Shown here: positions 19,745 to 28,345 of the stretch, piece by piece
How positions within the stretch are numbered: the stretch's first letter is position 1
How the letters are laid out: every line of letters starts with the position of its first letter
From: an uncultured Thermomicrobiales bacterium
GTDB lineage: Bacteria > Chloroflexota > Chloroflexia > Thermomicrobiales > UBA6265
Length of the DNA: 64,000 nucleotides
Assembly (NCBI GenBank): GCA_902806325.1
Contig: CADCWE010000201.1
Span: forward strand, 1,030-65,029
Direction: 5' to 3'
The notes under the pieces: generated by a model
The model's input: only the letters and a program-made list of their open reading frames with translations
Told to the model about the DNA's origin: nothing
Databases searched by the model: none
Translations under genes and position numbers: made by a program

Positions 19745-21643
19745 CTACCCCGCCTCGGCGAGCTGCGCCCGGTCCTCGGGGACGGGGATCGCGCCGGAGG
19801 CGACCAACCGCTCCATCTCGGCGACGGTGCGCTCGATCTCGGCCAGGGCGGCCTCGACCGGGTCCGGGGTGGTCAGATCGACGCCGGCCCGCTTCAGCAG
19901 GGCCAAGGGGTCATCGGAGCCGCCGGCGGCGAGGAGATCGAGGAACCGCGCGACGGCCGGTTCCCCGTCGTCGCGGATCGATCGCGCCAGCGCGATCGCC
20001 GCCGACAGCCCGGTCGCGTACTGGTAGACGTAGAACGCGTCGTAGAAGTGGGGGATCCAGGCCCATCGGATCCGCGACAGGTTGTCCTCGGTCAGGCCGG
20101 GCAGGAACGCCGCCTGGATCTGGCCGAAGAGTTCGTCCAGGCGGTCGGCGGTCAGCGGTCGGCCCGCCTCGACGTCGGCGTGGGTTTGGCGTTCGAAATC
20201 GGCCAGCGCCGCTTGGAGGACGAGCGTCGAAACCGCGCCATCGACAAAGCGGGTCAACAGGGAGAAGCGCTGGCTGGGGTCGTCGCGGCCGATGGTGTCG
20301 AGCAAGTGCCAGGTCAAGAACACCTCGTTCAACGTCGAGGCGATCTCGGCCAGCACGGTCGGGTAGTACCAATCGTGGAAGGGTTGGGCGGTCATCGCGA
20401 AATGGCTGTGCATTGCGTGGCCCGCCTCGTGGGCGAGGGTGAAGACATCGGTCAGGGTCCCGTTCCAGTTCATCAGGATCACCGGGGACGCGCCGTACGC
20501 CCCCCAGGAGTACGCGCCGGAGGCCTTGCCCTTGGTCTCGTGGACGTCGACCCAGCGGCTGGCAAACCCGGTCCGGAGATCGGCCACGTAGCGCTCGCCC
20601 AAGGGCGACAACCCCGCCAGCACCAGCTCGACCGCTTCCCGATACCCGTAGTGGCGGATCGGTTCCGGCAGCAGCGGCGCCCGCCGATCGTAGACCGCCA
20701 GTTCGTCGACGCCGAGCAAGCGGCGCCGCAGGTCGTGGTAACGCCCGACGACGGGTCCCGCGGCGCGGACGGCGTCGAGCAGCGTGTCGTAGACCGATTC
20801 CGGGATGTTGGCCGGGAACAGGGCGGCGGCGCGGGCGCCGCCGAAGCCGCGCGCCCGGGCCAGGACCACGTCCTTGCGCACCGAGCCGCCGTGGAGCGCG
20901 GCCAGGCTGTGGCGATGCTTCCGGTAGGCGCCCATCGCCGCCGCGTGGGCGCGGCGACGCAAGTCCCGGTTCCGCGACTCCATCATCCGGTCGAGGCGGC
21001 CGTGGGTCAGCACGACCTCGGTCCCGTCCTCGTCGGCAATCCGGCCAAAATCCACGTCGGCGTTGTCGAAGGCGCCGAAGGCGTCGCCGGGGATGCGGGC
21101 GACCTCGGCGATCTGGGCCAAGATCGCTTCGATCTCGGCCGAGCGGACGTGCGGCCGATGGCGGGCGATATCGGACACGACGTAGCGGTAACGGGTCAGC
21201 GCCGGATCGTCCAGGAACGCGGTCAGCCGGTCTTCCGGAACGGCGAGGATGCCGGGGCGGAGAAACGCCAGCGCCTCCTCGGCGTCGGTCTCGATCTTGG
21301 CGGCGCGCTCGTAGCGGGCGTTGCCGTCGTCGGCGGTGGTGTCCTCGTCGCGGCGGAGCGCGGCGTAGGTCAGGAGCCGGGCGGCGGTCTCGCGCAGCGC
21401 CATCGCCTCGTCGAGCGCCGCCGCCAGCGCCGCCGCCGACGCGCCGAGCGTCTCCCGGTGCCCGGTGGCGGCGGCGACCAGGGCCGGGATCCGCGCCGCG
21501 TCCGCGTCCCAGGCCGCCGCGTCGGCGTACATCGGCGTCAAGTCCCAGGTGTCCTCGACCGCCACCCGGTCGCGGGTCAGTTCCTCGCCCGCGCCGGGTT
21601 CCGGCGCCGTGTCCGGTTCGGGTTGCACCGCCATGGTTCGCAC
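19745..21643 (-). CDS. pepF: Oligoendopeptidase F (M3B), copy 2 (tandem paralogue)
   Basis: 632 aa. Same HEAGHAMHS motif and colinear with copy 1. Only 17 bp separate it from copy 1. Confidence 0.92.
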   Translation of the reverse strand: MRTMAVQPEPDTAPEPGAGEELTRDRVAVEDTWDLTPMYADAAAWDADAARIPALVAAATGHRETLGASAAALAAALDEAMALRETAARLLTYAALRRDEDTTADDGNARYERAAKIETDAEEALAFLRPGILAVPEDRLTAFLDDPALTRYRYVVSDIARHRPHVRSAEIEAILAQIAEVARIPGDAFGAFDNADVDFGRIADEDGTEVVLTHGRLDRMMESRNRDLRRRAHAAAMGAYRKHRHSLAALHGGSVRKDVVLARARGFGGARAAALFPANIPESVYDTLLDAVRAAGPVVGRYHDLRRRLLGVDELAVYDRRAPLLPEPIRHYGYREAVELVLAGLSPLGERYVADLRTGFASRWVDVHETKGKASGAYSWGAYGASPVILMNWNGTLTDVFTLAHEAGHAMHSHFAMTAQPFHDWYYPTVLAEIASTLNEVFLTWHLLDTIGRDDPSQRFSLLTRFVDGAVSTLVLQAALADFERQTHADVEAGRPLTADRLDELFGQIQAAFLPGLTEDNLSRIRWAWIPHFYDAFYVYQYATGLSAAIALARSIRDDGEPAVARFLDLLAAGGSDDPLALLKRAGVDLTTPDPVEAALAEIERTVAEMERLVASGAIPVPEDRAQLAEAG

Positions 21644-21715
21644 TCCTCGCTCGCGTCGACCGCCCCGGCGGATGATACGGCCAACGGGCGGAGCGGGTAT
21701 GATCCGCGGTTTGCT

Positions 21716-21870
21716 GGGGGGAAATCCCCCTGTCCCCCAGCCCCCCGTTCCCCCCGGCCGGCGGGAACGGGGGGAGCCGAGCGTGAACAGGAGCGCTCGC
21801 GATGGCGCCCACGGAAAGCCCCCCCTTGCCCCCGATCGCGGGGGAAGAGGGGTTGGGGGGGGTAGGGGGA
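21716..21870. repeat. Cluster of G/C-run hairpins/palindromes in a divergent intergenic region
   Basis: GGGGGgAAATCCCCC at 21716-21730. CCCCGTTCCC...GGGAACGGGG at about 21743-21774. cccccttgcccccgatcgcggggg and gggttggggggggtaggggga at 21820-21870. This repeat encodes the implausible N-terminus of track ORF 21802. Confidence 0.55.
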
Positions 21871-21882
21871 CTCACGACGCCC

Positions 21883-22683
21883 GTGCGCCTCTACCTCGCC
21901 GTCGCCCAGCGCTCGTTCCGGCGCCACCTGGCGTACCGGGCGGCGACGCTGGCCGGCTTGTTCACCAACGCCGTCTTCGGCGTCCTGATCGCCTCCGTCT
22001 TCACCGCCCTCTACCGCTCGCGGGCGACTGAAGGTGGTGGCGAGCGCATCGCGGGATTCGATGTGGCGGAGATGCTGGTCTTCGTTTGGGTCGGCCAATC
22101 GCTGATCATGGTCCTCCACCTCTGGGGTTGGTGGGACGTGGCGCAGGCGGTGCGTTCCGGCGACATCGTGTCGGACCTGATGAAGCCGTTCGACTTCTAC
22201 GCCTACTGGTTGAGCCGCGACCTCGGACGCGCCGCCTGTCACGTCCTGGTCCGGTTCGTGCCGACCATGGCGCTGGGGATGCTGCTCACCGATCTCGCGC
22301 TGCCGCGGTCCCCGCTGCGCTGGGTCGCCTTCGCGGTCAGTGTGCTGCTCGGCCTGCTGGTCGCGTTCGCGTTCCGGTTCATGGTCAACGTGTCGGCGTT
22401 CTGGCTGCTCGACGTGCGCGGCGTCGGCTACCTGGCGTACTCGGCGGTCAACTTTCTGTCCGGCTTCTTGATCCCGCTGACGTTTTTCCCGCCCTGGTTG
22501 CGGGGCATCGCCGAAGCGCTGCCGTTTCGGGCGATGGTGATGCTGCCCGCCGAGATCCTGCTCGCCAAGCGGCCGGTGGCCGCCGCGCTCGGCGTGCAGT
22601 TGCTCTGGGCGGTGGCCCTGACGCTGCTGGCGCGAGCGGTTCTGAACCGCGCGATTCGGAAGTTGACGGTGCAGGGTGGGTAG
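21883..22683 (+). CDS. ABC-2-type transporter permease (DUF990-like), subunit 1
   Basis: VRLYLAVAQRSFRRHLAYRAATLAGLFTNAVFGVLI..., with six predicted TM segments. I prefer the GTG at 21883; the track start at 21802 lies inside the repeat cluster. Confidence 0.75.
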   Translation: MRLYLAVAQRSFRRHLAYRAATLAGLFTNAVFGVLIASVFTALYRSRATEGGGERIAGFDVAEMLVFVWVGQSLIMVLHLWGWWDVAQAVRSGDIVSDLMKPFDFYAYWLSRDLGRAACHVLVRFVPTMALGMLLTDLALPRSPLRWVAFAVSVLLGLLVAFAFRFMVNVSAFWLLDVRGVGYLAYSAVNFLSGFLIPLTFFPPWLRGIAEALPFRAMVMLPAEILLAKRPVAAALGVQLLWAVALTLLARAVLNRAIRKLTVQGG

Positions 22684-23518
22684 GGGCGGCGGAGTGCGGC
22701 GGGCGGCACGGGAGGTGACGCGGGAGACGGCGCTCTGGCGCCGGTTGATCGGGGCTCGGGCGCGCGGCCAAGTCGCCTATCCCGTCTCGTTCCTGCTGCA
22801 ATTGTTCAGCACGTCGCTGCTCTTCTTCGTCGAGTTGGCCGTGGTCGCCCTCATGTTCCGTCAGGTGGACAGGCTGGGTGGGTGGCGACTGGCCGAAGTC
22901 GCCTTTCTTTACGGGTTGAGCGCGGTCGCGATTGGCGTCGCCCTCTGCCTCGGCAGCGGTCTGGTCGCGTTTCCGGACCAGATCCGGCAGGGCGGTTTCG
23001 ACCAGGTATTGACCCGCCCGGCCAGCGCCTTCGTCCAGGTCTTGGCGGCCGATCTGCGGCTGGACCGGCTGGGCCGGGTGCTAAACGGGCTGATCGTCTT
23101 CGGGTACGCGCTGGTCGTCCTCGACGTGGAGTGGACCGCCGGTCGGTTGCTGTACCTGCCGGTCGTCGTCGTCAGCGCCGCCGTCGTTTTCGGCGCCTTG
23201 TTCGTCCTCGAAGCGACGCTCTGCTTCTGGACGACCCAGGGGCTGGAGGTGGTCAACGCCTTCACCTTCGGCGGCGCGACGCTGTCCCAGTATCCGCTCC
23301 ACCTGTTCGACGGCTGGCTCCGCCGCTTGTTCCTGTTCGCGATCCCGGTCGGATTGGTGATCTACGCGCCGTCGCTCTACCTTCTGGACAAACACGACCC
23401 GCTCGGCCTGCCCGGTTGGCTCCGCTTCACCGCCCCATTGGTCTCCGCGTTGTTCGCCGCCGTGGCGGGGTCGCTGTGGCGGGTCGGGGTGCGGCACTAC
23501 CGGAGCACGGGGTCGTGA
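22676..23518 (+). CDS. ABC-2-type transporter permease (DUF990-like), subunit 2
   Basis: Paralogous architecture (..QVAYPVSFLLQLFSTSLLFFVELAVVALMF..). The stop overlaps the ATPase start (TGATG). The exact start is uncertain: 22676, 22694 or 22718. Confidence 0.75.
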   Translation: MGRGGGVRRAAREVTRETALWRRLIGARARGQVAYPVSFLLQLFSTSLLFFVELAVVALMFRQVDRLGGWRLAEVAFLYGLSAVAIGVALCLGSGLVAFPDQIRQGGFDQVLTRPASAFVQVLAADLRLDRLGRVLNGLIVFGYALVVLDVEWTAGRLLYLPVVVVSAAVVFGALFVLEATLCFWTTQGLEVVNAFTFGGATLSQYPLHLFDGWLRRLFLFAIPVGLVIYAPSLYLLDKHDPLGLPGWLRFTAPLVSALFAAVAGSLWRVGVRHYRSTGS

Positions 23519-24540
23519 TGGGGAGCGGGGATGGCGGGGAGCCGATGGTGGTGGCGCGGGGCCTCGGCAAAACGTACCGGGTGGCGACCCACCGGGGCGG
23601 GGCACTCGGGGCGTTGCGGGGCTTGGTCGACCGGTCGGGGCGGGACGTGCGGGCGGTCGACGGGGTCTCGTTCACCGTCGACCGGGGCGAGATGGTCGGC
23701 TACGTCGGGCCGAACGGGGCGGGCAAATCGACCACGATCAAGATGCTGACCGGGATTCTGGTGCCGTCGGACGGCGAGGCCACGGTCGACGGCCTGGTCC
23801 CCTGGCGACAACGGAAGGCGCTGGCGGCCCGGATCGGGGTGGTCTTCGGGCAACGCAGCCAGCTCTGGTGGGACCTGGCCCTGGTCGAGTCGCTGGACCT
23901 CCTGCGCCACGTCTACCGGGTGCCGAAGGACCGATTCGCGATCAACCTGGCCGGGCTGCGCGACCTGCTCGACCTCGATCCGTTCCTGGCAACGCCGGTC
24001 CGCCAGCTCTCGCTCGGGCAGCGGATGCGCGGCGACCTGGCGGCGGCGCTGCTCCACGACCCGGCGATCCTCTACCTCGACGAGCCGACGATCGGCCTCG
24101 ACGTCGTCGCCAAGGCGCGGGTGCGGGAGATGCTGGCCCGGCTCAATCGCGAGCGCGGCGTGACCGTCCTCCTGACCACCCACGATCTGGCCGACGTCGA
24201 ACACCTCTGCCGCCGGATGATCGTGATCGACCGCGGTCGCTTGCTCTTCGACGGCGCGATCGACGAACTCCGCCGCCGCTTTGGCCCCCACCGGACCCTG
24301 GTGATCGACCTGGAGGACGGCGATCCGGCTCCCGCCGCCGGGCCGTTCTGTCCCGGTGTCGATTGGGTCCGCGCCGACGGCCCCCGCCGTTGGCTCCGCT
24401 TCGACCGCGACGCCGTCCCCGCCGCCGACCTGATCGCCGCCGTCGCCGCCCGCCACCGCGTCCGCGACCTGACGATCGAGGAACCGGCGATCGAGGACAT
24501 CGTGCGCCGGATCTACACCGAGGGGATGGGTACTCCCTGA
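23518..24540 (+). CDS. ABC transporter ATP-binding protein (partner of the two ABC-2 permeases)
   Basis: ATG at 23518. Walker A GPNGAGKST, signature LSLGQRMR, Walker B ILYLDEPTIGLD, H-loop TTHDL, plus a C-terminal accessory domain. Confidence 0.9.
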   Translation: MGSGDGGEPMVVARGLGKTYRVATHRGGALGALRGLVDRSGRDVRAVDGVSFTVDRGEMVGYVGPNGAGKSTTIKMLTGILVPSDGEATVDGLVPWRQRKALAARIGVVFGQRSQLWWDLALVESLDLLRHVYRVPKDRFAINLAGLRDLLDLDPFLATPVRQLSLGQRMRGDLAAALLHDPAILYLDEPTIGLDVVAKARVREMLARLNRERGVTVLLTTHDLADVEHLCRRMIVIDRGRLLFDGAIDELRRRFGPHRTLVIDLEDGDPAPAAGPFCPGVDWVRADGPRRWLRFDRDAVPAADLIAAVAARHRVRDLTIEEPAIEDIVRRIYTEGMGTP

Positions 24541-24616
24541 TCCGGTCCTAGTCGGGCAGAATGGATGCCCGTTAGGGAGTTCAAAACGCGCGCGCTTCCT
24601 TTGGAACCCGATGCCG

Positions 24617-25228
24617 CTACGCCGTTCTTGTTCCGGGATCGCCGGATGCGTCGCCGGCGCCGGTCGAGACGCGGTAGCAGGAGAACCGATGCAGCATCTG
24701 GAGCACAAAGATCCACGACACGAGTTCCACGATCGCGGGAGCGGAGAGGCCACCATCGCGACAGGCCGCGACGACGCCGGCGTCGATCTCGGCGGGGCTG
24801 GGAGGGGCGGCCCGGGCCAGCAGCAGCGCCGCGCGCATTGTCTGGTCACGCCCGGGCGGCTCGGCGTCGCGAGTCACGGCAAACCGCGCCGCATCTTCAG
24901 GCCGCGTCCCCGCAACACCGTGCCGCGCCGCCAACGCCCGCACGTCGGCACCGAGCGTCCGATCCGCCACGACCTCCGCGACGTCGATGCCAGCCAGGAC
25001 CTTGGCGTCCAGTCCGACGACGGTGGTCGCCGGATTGGGGTTCTCGCGCAGGGGGGAGGCCACGCTCTTGATGACCCGCGCGTGTCGGATCCGTGAAAGC
25101 ACCGGGAAGTCATGCGCCGTGCGCTCGCGCAGGAACTCGCCGACCGCTGGCCACGCATCGGGCACGCCTTGCTGCCACCGCTTGTCCAATTGCGGCGCCG
25201 CGGGGAGGAGGGGCACGATCCGCAACAT
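24617..25228 (-). CDS. AhpD-like / carboxymuconolactone decarboxylase-family protein (tentative)
   Basis: ATG at 25228 (MLRIVPLL...). The helical C-terminal segment GLSAPAIVELVSWIFVLQMLHRF resembles CMD-family ends. The assignment rests on weak motifs. Confidence 0.45.
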   Translation of the reverse strand: MLRIVPLLPAAPQLDKRWQQGVPDAWPAVGEFLRERTAHDFPVLSRIRHARVIKSVASPLRENPNPATTVVGLDAKVLAGIDVAEVVADRTLGADVRALAARHGVAGTRPEDAARFAVTRDAEPPGRDQTMRAALLLARAAPPSPAEIDAGVVAACRDGGLSAPAIVELVSWIFVLQMLHRFSCYRVSTGAGDASGDPGTRTA

Positions 25229-25395
25229 CGTTTGTCGCCGCCAAGCTCTTGGCGCGCCAGGTTCGTGGCCAGGTTCCACCAAAGCGGCTGGTATGGAATA
25301 GCCCCGGTTGGTTGGATCCCGCGTCCCAGCCGAACGCAACGAGGCCCGACCGCTCCGGTCGGGCCTCGTCGTCGCTAGGTACGGTTCGACTCGGG

Positions 25396-26058
25396 TCAGG
25401 AAGAGGCGCCGGCGGACCCGGCGGCTTCGCCATCGGCGTCGGTCTCCCCGCTCCCGGCGGCCTCGCCCTCGGCGGCCTCTCCGGTCTCCTCGACCTCCGG
25501 CTCCGGCTCGACCGTCTCCGCCACGAGGTGGGCGATGAGCTCGTCCTCGGCGGTGATCGCGACGATGCCTTCGGGCATCGTCAGGTCGGAAACGCGGACC
25601 GAATCACCGACCTCGACCAGACCGGCGACGTCGACGTCGATCTGGTGCGGGATCGCGGCCGGCAGGCCGCGGACCTCGATCTCGGTCCGGTCGTGGGTCA
25701 AGATGCCGGCCGCGTCCGGGTCGGCGTTGTGCAGGATCACCGGCACCGACGCGGTCAGGTCGACCCGCAGATTGGGGGCAAAGAAGTCGACGTGGACCGG
25801 GGTCTGTTTGACCGGGTCCAACTGGACGTCGCGGATAAACACCGTCTGCTGGCCGCTGCCCCACTGCAAGGTGAACAGGGCCGAATGGCCATTGACGTGG
25901 TAGAAGCGGGTGAACTCCTTGGCGTTGACCGTCACCGCCACGGTCTCGGCGACCACCGGGCCGTAGACGACCCCGGGAACGCCCCCCTGGCGGCGCAACT
26001 GCTTCACCTTTTTACCGAGGATCGTGCGCGGCTCGGCCGCGAGCGTCAATGGTTCCAT
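25396..26058 (-). CDS. rplY: 50S ribosomal protein L25 / general stress protein Ctc
   Basis: ATG at 26058. Motifs: RTILGKKVKQLRRQGGVPGVVYG and VQLDPVKQTPVHVDF. Acidic C-terminal tail. Confidence 0.9.
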   Translation of the reverse strand: MEPLTLAAEPRTILGKKVKQLRRQGGVPGVVYGPVVAETVAVTVNAKEFTRFYHVNGHSALFTLQWGSGQQTVFIRDVQLDPVKQTPVHVDFFAPNLRVDLTASVPVILHNADPDAAGILTHDRTEIEVRGLPAAIPHQIDVDVAGLVEVGDSVRVSDLTMPEGIVAITAEDELIAHLVAETVEPEPEVEETGEAAEGEAAGSGETDADGEAAGSAGASS

Positions 26059-26226
26059 GGGGTGCGGATGCTCCTGGCGCGTGGCGCCGGCGGTTCGGCG
26101 GCAGGGTGGCAAGGACCGTTCGGGGGCCACCCACCGGCTTCGGCGCGCGTAGTCGTCCCGCGGCACCCGCCGCGCGACCGGGGATTCTAGCACAGCCGGC
26201 GGGTGGCAGCGGGACCGATGGGCCGC

Positions 26227-26256
26227 TTGACACCGTTCGGACACGGCCGATAGAAT
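26227..26256 (+). promoter_or_regulatory. Sigma-70-type promoter candidate
   Basis: TTGACA (26227-26232), an 18-nt spacer, then TAGAAT (26251-26256). About 260 nt upstream of the ATG at 26516. Confidence 0.5.
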
Positions 26257-26515
26257 GCCCCCGTTGGCGTGGTCCCAGCTTCTGGGGCCGCGTCGTGCTG
26301 CCGCGACGGTTTCCTTGGCGACGGTCCCCCTGGGATCGGCCGCGACGGCGAGCGGTGGGGTTCGCCGGCGCGAGTACGCGCGAGCGCTCGTGCGCCGGAT
26401 CGCGATACGGAGCGGGGGCGTCGGTTCCCCGGGGGCGGCGCTCCCGGGTCCGACGGTGGCACAGCTTGGTGGCCTGGGTGCCAGGTCGCCGGCCGCAGGG
26501 GCAGAGGAGCGATCG

Positions 26516-27016
26516 ATGACGCAGTCGGACCAGGTTCTGGAGCAGGGGCACGGGGCCGGAGACGACGCCGAGGGGATCCCGGCGTTGGGCGCGCTGTCGC
26601 GCCGCCGCTTCCTGCGCCGGGCGCTCGGCGCCGGCGCGGCGATGCCGGCCTTGCTCGTCGTGCTGCAGGCCTGCGGTGACGACGAGGAAGAGGACGGCGC
26701 GGAAGAGGACGGCGCGGCGACCCAGGCACCCGCCCGGCCGACTGTTCTTCCGACGCGGCGCGCGGGAGCCAGCCCGGTGGCCGCATCGCCGATGGCGGGT
26801 AGCCCGGTCGCCTCGCCGGGCACCGGCAGCCCGGTCGCCAGAGCGGGGGCCTCCGGCTCGCCGGTGGCACCGCCCGCCGCCAGCCCGCGCTCCGTCGTGA
26901 CGATCCAGACCGGTCTCGGCGGCGCGGCGACCGCAACCAGCCCCTCTGGTGGCGCATCCCTCGCCCAGCCGACTCAGGGCGCGCTGCCCGCCCCGCCGAC
27001 CGCGACCACGTCGTAG
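26516..27016 (+). CDS. Tat-signal lipoprotein consisting only of a signal peptide plus a low-complexity linker
   Basis: GAGGAG SD. Twin-arginine motif SRRRFLRRALG and lipobox LQAC. The remainder is acidic, then (A/G)SPVA-type repeats. No globular domain. Confidence 0.6.
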   Translation: MTQSDQVLEQGHGAGDDAEGIPALGALSRRRFLRRALGAGAAMPALLVVLQACGDDEEEDGAEEDGAATQAPARPTVLPTRRAGASPVAASPMAGSPVASPGTGSPVARAGASGSPVAPPAASPRSVVTIQTGLGGAATATSPSGGASLAQPTQGALPAPPTATTS

Positions 27017-27040
27017 GCTTGTTCGCGGTCCGCACGCCAC

Positions 27041-27083
27041 GAAGCAACGAGGCCCGGGGCATTCGCTCTGGGCCTCGTTGCTT
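27041..27083 (+). terminator. Stem-loop after the lipoprotein stub (terminator-like, no T-tract)
   Basis: GAAGCAACGAGGCCC-ggggcattcgctct-GGGCCTCGTTGCTT. A 14-bp stem. Confidence 0.35.
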
Positions 27084-27117
27084 GGTCCGGCGGCCGAAAC
27101 CCGGGCGATCCGGGCGC

Positions 27118-27147
27118 TTGACAGTCCGCGCGCGGCGCACGTAGCAT
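27118..27147 (+). promoter_or_regulatory. Sigma-70-type promoter candidate for the dppBC-like permease genes
   Basis: TTGACA (27118-27123), an 18-nt spacer, then TAGCAT (27142-27147). Same architecture as the promoter at 26227. Confidence 0.5.
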
Positions 27148-27333
27148 ACGCCCGCTCGGTTCGGATCGGCGGTCCTTTGCGGACTCGGTTTCGCCATCGG
27201 TGGATCAGGCGTCCGGTGGCTTCTTGTTCCGACGCCCGGCCCCGCGTTCGCCGGGCCATCCCCACCCCCGCGTCGCGCACCGTCCCGCCGTCGCGCCCGT
27301 CGCGCAACCCGTTCGTGGCGAAGGGGGACCCCC

Positions 27334-28278
27334 ATGGCCCAATACCTGATCCGGCGCTTCTTGATCTCGATCGTGACCTTGCTCGCGATCAGCGTCATCG
27401 TCTTCACCATCGTCGCCAAGGCCCCCGGCGACCCCCTGGCCGGCCTCGCCACCAACCCCAACGTCTCGGCCGAGCGGCGGGCCGAACTGCGCGACAAACT
27501 CGGCCTCAACGACCCGACCTACATCCGCTACTACAAATGGGGCATCGCCTACATCCAGGGCGACTGGGGCGACTCCCTGGTCTCCAAGGCCAACGTCCGC
27601 GACTACGTCTTCGGCCGCATCCCCGTCACCCTGGCCATCGTCGGTTCGGCGTTTCTGCTCGGCGTCCTGATCGCGATCCCGGTCGGCGTGATCTCGGCCT
27701 TGAAGCAGTATTCGCTGTTCGACCAATTCGCGACCACCCTCAGCTTTATCGGCTTCAGCGTGCCGACCTTTTTCTCCGGGCTCCTCCTGATCATCATTTT
27801 CAGCGTCAAGCTGGACTGGCTCCCCTTCGTCTTCGACAACCAGACCGAAGGTTTTTGGCCCAACGTCAAGCAGTCCATCATGCCGATCGTCGTGCTCGGG
27901 CTGGCCGGTTCGGCGCAGTTGACGCGCTTCGTCCGCGCCTCGATGCTGGAAACGATCAACCAGGACTACGTCCGCACCGCCCGCGCCAAAGGGTTGCGGG
28001 AGCAGATCGTGGTCGTCGCCCATGTGATGCGCAACGCCCTGATCCCGGTGGTCACGATCACGATGCTCCAGATCCCGGAGATTTTGGGCGGGGCGATTAT
28101 CACCGAGCAGATCTTCCGCATCCCCGGCATCGGCCGCGCTCTGGTCGATGGGGTCCTCGGCGGGGACGTTCCGGTGGTGATGGCAATCGCCTTCGGGGTC
28201 TCGATCCTGGTCGTGCTGTTCAACGTCCTGGCCGATATCCTCTACGGGATCCTCGACCCGCGGATCAAGTTCACCTAG
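27334..28278 (+). CDS. Peptide/nickel ABC transporter permease (DppB/OppB type)
   Basis: 314 aa. MAQYLIRRFLISIVTLLAISVIVF.., and the binding-protein-dependent transport motif region DYVRTARAKGL. Confidence 0.92.
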   Translation: MAQYLIRRFLISIVTLLAISVIVFTIVAKAPGDPLAGLATNPNVSAERRAELRDKLGLNDPTYIRYYKWGIAYIQGDWGDSLVSKANVRDYVFGRIPVTLAIVGSAFLLGVLIAIPVGVISALKQYSLFDQFATTLSFIGFSVPTFFSGLLLIIIFSVKLDWLPFVFDNQTEGFWPNVKQSIMPIVVLGLAGSAQLTRFVRASMLETINQDYVRTARAKGLREQIVVVAHVMRNALIPVVTITMLQIPEILGGAIITEQIFRIPGIGRALVDGVLGGDVPVVMAIAFGVSILVVLFNVLADILYGILDPRIKFT

Positions 28279-28345
28279 CCTCGCCGACCACCGCGCCCGC
28301 GTCCCCGGCGGGCACGGCCGCCCCTCCCCAAGGAGGCCGAGCACC

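Noticed and set aside
26257-26515. Leader RNA as SRP RNA, 6S RNA, RNase P RNA or a known riboswitch.
   Set aside because: No GGAAGCAGCC-type SRP domain IV, GAGGAAAGTCC RNase P motif or recognisable riboswitch core is visible by eye. It is kept only as an unclassified long leader in the findings.
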